This document shows positions 60,959 to 64,000 of a stretch of DNA of 64,000 bases, one piece after another. A program made the position numbers and the translations under genes. Source of the stretch: Cirrosporium novae-zelandiae (taxonomy: Eukaryota); assembly GCA_026023565.1 (NCBI GenBank), contig JAPETS010000030.1, forward strand, positions 1 through 64,000, written 5' to 3'. Under the pieces are notes generated by a model. It was not told the DNA's origin, searched no databases, and saw only the letters and a list, made by a program, of their open reading frames with translations. Positions within the stretch are counted from its first letter, which is position 1. Each line of letters opens with the position of its first letter.

Positions 60959-62553
60959 ATGAACAGGCATTCAGCCTATCCGTATACAAACGGATATCCA
61001 TACAGTCCAGGAGAAAATGGCAAATTCTCAATCTCTCCCCACAGGTATGCTTTGCACCTTGACAAACATCTCTATTATTGGTCCTTCAATCTAATGCTCT
61101 ACACTATAGATTTCAGTCGCGATCACAACCACTGAGGCGGCGAAAACAACTGATCCTTCGATTAGCAGCTATGGCTATAGGCTCGATAGCTTTGGTTATG
61201 CTCTTTTTCCCATCGCTTCGAGCTACCGTTCTCTCCGCCCTATCATTAGGCCTCATATCCTCTCCCGAACAATTCCAATTAGAAACAGTTCGATACTATG
61301 ACCTTTCGAATGTGCAGGGCACAGCGCGGGGATGGGAAAGGGAAGAGAGGGTCCTTATCTGCGCTCCTTTGCGTGATGCGGAATTGCATCTGAACCTTTT
61401 CTTCTCCCACCTTCGAAATTTCACTTACCCGCACCATCTGATTGATCTGGCATTCCTTGTTTCTGATTCAAAAGACAACACGTTGCCGAGGTTATCTGAG
61501 TTGTTGGAGGAACTACAAGCCGATCCGGATCCAAGGCAACCGTATGGCGAGATTTCGATTCTTGAAAAAGACTTTGGACAACAGGTCAATCAAGATGTGG
61601 AAAGTCGCCATGGCTTTGCTGCTCAAGCAAGCCGAAGAAAGCTGATGGCCCAGGCCCGCAACTGGCTACTAAGTGCCGCACTTCGCCCTTATCATAGTTG
61701 GGTATACTGGAGAGATGTTGATGTGGAGACTGCCCCATTTACCATACTGGAAGATTTGATGAGACATAACAAAGACGTTATTGTTCCAAGTGAGTATCGG
61801 TCATACAACTAATAGGGACGTGGCTGATGCAGATCTTATAGATGTTTGGCGTCCCTTGCCTGATTGGCTTGGGGGTGAACAACCGTATGATCTCAACTCA
61901 TGGCAGGAATCAGAAACTGCATTGGCCCTTGCGGACACTCTAGATGAAGATGCTGTTATTGTGGAAGGGTATGCGGAGTATGCAACCTGGCGACCGCACT
62001 TGGCATATCTTCGTGACCCGTATGGAGATCCAGACATGGAGATGGAAATTGATGGTGTTGGAGGTGTCAGTATTCTTGCCAAGGCCAAGGTATTCAGATC
62101 TGGCGTCCATTTCCCTGCATTCAGTTTTGAAAAACATGCAGAAACAGAAGGGTTTGGAAAGGTAATCAAGACTGATCTGTCAAATGCATGCAACTGCAGC
62201 TAACGTTTCAAAATTAGATGGCAAAGCGAATGCAATTCTCCGTTGTTGGTCTACCCCACTACACAGTATGGCATCTTTACGAGCCAAGCATGGATGATAT
62301 ACGACATATGGAAGAAATGGAAGCAGAACGCAAAGCACGTGAACAAGAAGAAAAAGAACGTGCTGAAAAAGTGAAGAAGATCAAAGAAGATTTTTCCGAT
62401 CCGGGTAGCCAGTGGGAGAAGGACAAAGCTGATCTCCAGAAGATTCAAGAGAAGGAACAGGCGGCCCGAGAGGCTGCGGAAAAAGCAGCTGGAGAAGGAA
62501 ATGAGGAAGGTCCTCGAGCCCAAGCTTCGAAGGATGCAGCTCCCGGCAGCTAG
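60959..62553 (+). CDS. ANP1: Mannan polymerase subunit, GT62 Anp1/Van1 family; four exons
   Basis: TM anchor, LICAPLRDA, YPHHLIDLAFLVSDS, SWVYWRDVDVE, QPYDLNSWQES, DGVGGVSILAKA, HAETEGFGK, WHLYEPSMDD. VAN1 orthology is not excluded. Confidence 0.88.
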
Positions 62554-63412
62554 ACCGGCTAAGTCGTCCAGGGGTATCCTGCCAAGTTAAGACGTATGCC
62601 TGTGTTCCCGAACACACAAATATCTTTCCAATACCTACAACGAACATACTCCTACGTCTAGTAGAAGATATTGACGGTGCTTGAAACGGTTGGCAAGATG
62701 GAATTTTCAGGGACAGCTGGCATCACTTATGTTGAATCAGCTTAAGGGGTTATTTATAAAAGTGGACACATTGCGGCCATGATACTACTGGAGTTTTCTA
62801 GAGGATTGACTCTGGCATGGGTCAAGATGCCGCTACAGGTTATGCTATGTGTGGTTTCATTGTTGGGCGCAAGAGGTTTTTTGGGACTGAGCTGGAAGCA
62901 TATGTCGGTGTAGTATTTTGCATTGACCTTCAAATTACTTTGTATATGTACCGTGACATCCTTAGGCATCAGTAGATAAATAGTTCTACTGATGCAGGGG
63001 GCAATGTGAAAAGCATATAATAATTTGTGCTGTTATTGTAAAGCTGTCTATAGTACAGGCTATAGCCTCTAGTTGCCTGAGTGCCTAGCTGCCTAGGTAC
63101 TTCGGGATTCTTGGAGTCTGGCCCGATCGTTAAATCTATCCTCCGGTGAATATGGAGCCAACTCTCCAAAAGTTAAAGATTACCATTGCTCTCTCAGGTA
63201 CTGGCCAAGTATCACCTAATTATTCTCCCTCTGAAATAGCACAAAATAGTATTTGGGATGCTCATCGCATAGGTGTCTTTTGTTTTGGGAGTATGAAGAC
63301 AGATTTTTACTTCTTTGACGACTATTAATTTCGCAGCCCTGGTAAACCAACATCATCCCAACTTCTCAAATTGAGCAAATAACTGATTCTCAAGTATATA
63401 ATTCAGTACATC

Positions 63413-64000
63413 ATGAGCCATGAAAATGCGCAGTGCGACAGTGAACGAGATGAATCCATTTCCAAGCCAGAACCTCAAACAACAATGGGGTCCCCAAGGC
63501 CAGCTCGCACCTCAGGCTCGCATAATCCAAATCCTCAGGCACTCGACCTGCTTGAACGCCAATCCACCCACATATCGATAGCCATAGACCCCGTGGCCCT
63601 TATCACAACAGAATGTATCAATGTTACTTCGGCAATGCGAAAGCATACGCGGTGGGCTCATTCGTCAGTATCTGCGATCCTAGGAGGAGGACCTATTGTT
63701 AGCTTTGATCGCGAAACGTCGAGACCCCCGTCTCCCAAGAGTGGAAAGAAAAATGATGGCAGCGTAGCAAATAGATGGGGGTTGCGAGGCAAGAAGGGGG
63801 CCAGCTTAAATGATAACCCTCTGATGTCAGCATTTGCAAGATTAAGGAGAGATCTGAATGGATGCAAAGGTATGTATACATCTATCTGCTTTCAGTATAC
63901 CTAGAATCGTTCTAAGTAGGCTCAGATATTCGTACATTCGATGCTCCCGCCCTTCTTCACCCTTTTCTCCAAGTTATTCGGTCTTCCTCCACCTCTGCTC
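63413..64000 (+). CDS. GEA2: ARF guanine-nucleotide exchange factor Gea1/Gea2 (GBF1-like), 5' part only
   Basis: DPVALITTECINVTSAMRKHTRWAHSSVSAILGG and NRWGLRGKKG..DNPLMSAFARLR. After an intron at about 63870-63925: DIRTFDAPALLHPFLQVIRSSSTSA. Confidence 0.85.

Overview
Eukaryotic, intron-containing DNA from a filamentous ascomycete (Pezizomycotina-type gene set, with GT..CTAAC..AG introns). (1) About 1-10.65 kb is most likely the captain end of a Starship giant transposon. A multi-exon DUF3435-type tyrosine recombinase with C-terminal Cys/His zinc fingers (10247->7167, minus strand) points left into cargo: a coiled-coil gene with a premature stop, a BTB/POZ gene and a FunK1 kinase pseudogene. 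The cargo runs off the left edge. (2) About 10.7-35 kb is microsatellite-rich host DNA with scattered genes: a conserved hypothetical, a pathogen-related-like protein, a GPI cell-wall protein, a HeLo-like/NACHT/ankyrin NLR and an MFS transporter. (3) About 35.6-45.1 kb is an accessory island. It holds five non-autonomous TIR elements, three of them one hAT-like family (two with perfect 8-bp TSDs), around a convergent pair: a HerA/FtsK/VirB4-like ATPase and a patatin-NB-ARC gene whose stop codon lies inside a transposon TIR. (4) About 45.7-64 kb is a housekeeping block: an SDR, ARC1, CHO2, NBP35, a Myb-like gene, MTR3, a spliced non-coding host carrying intronic snR55- and snR61-like C/D snoRNAs, ANP1 and the 5' end of GEA1/2. 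All calls come from reading the sequence and from remembered family motifs. No searches were run, and exon boundaries are hand-inferred.
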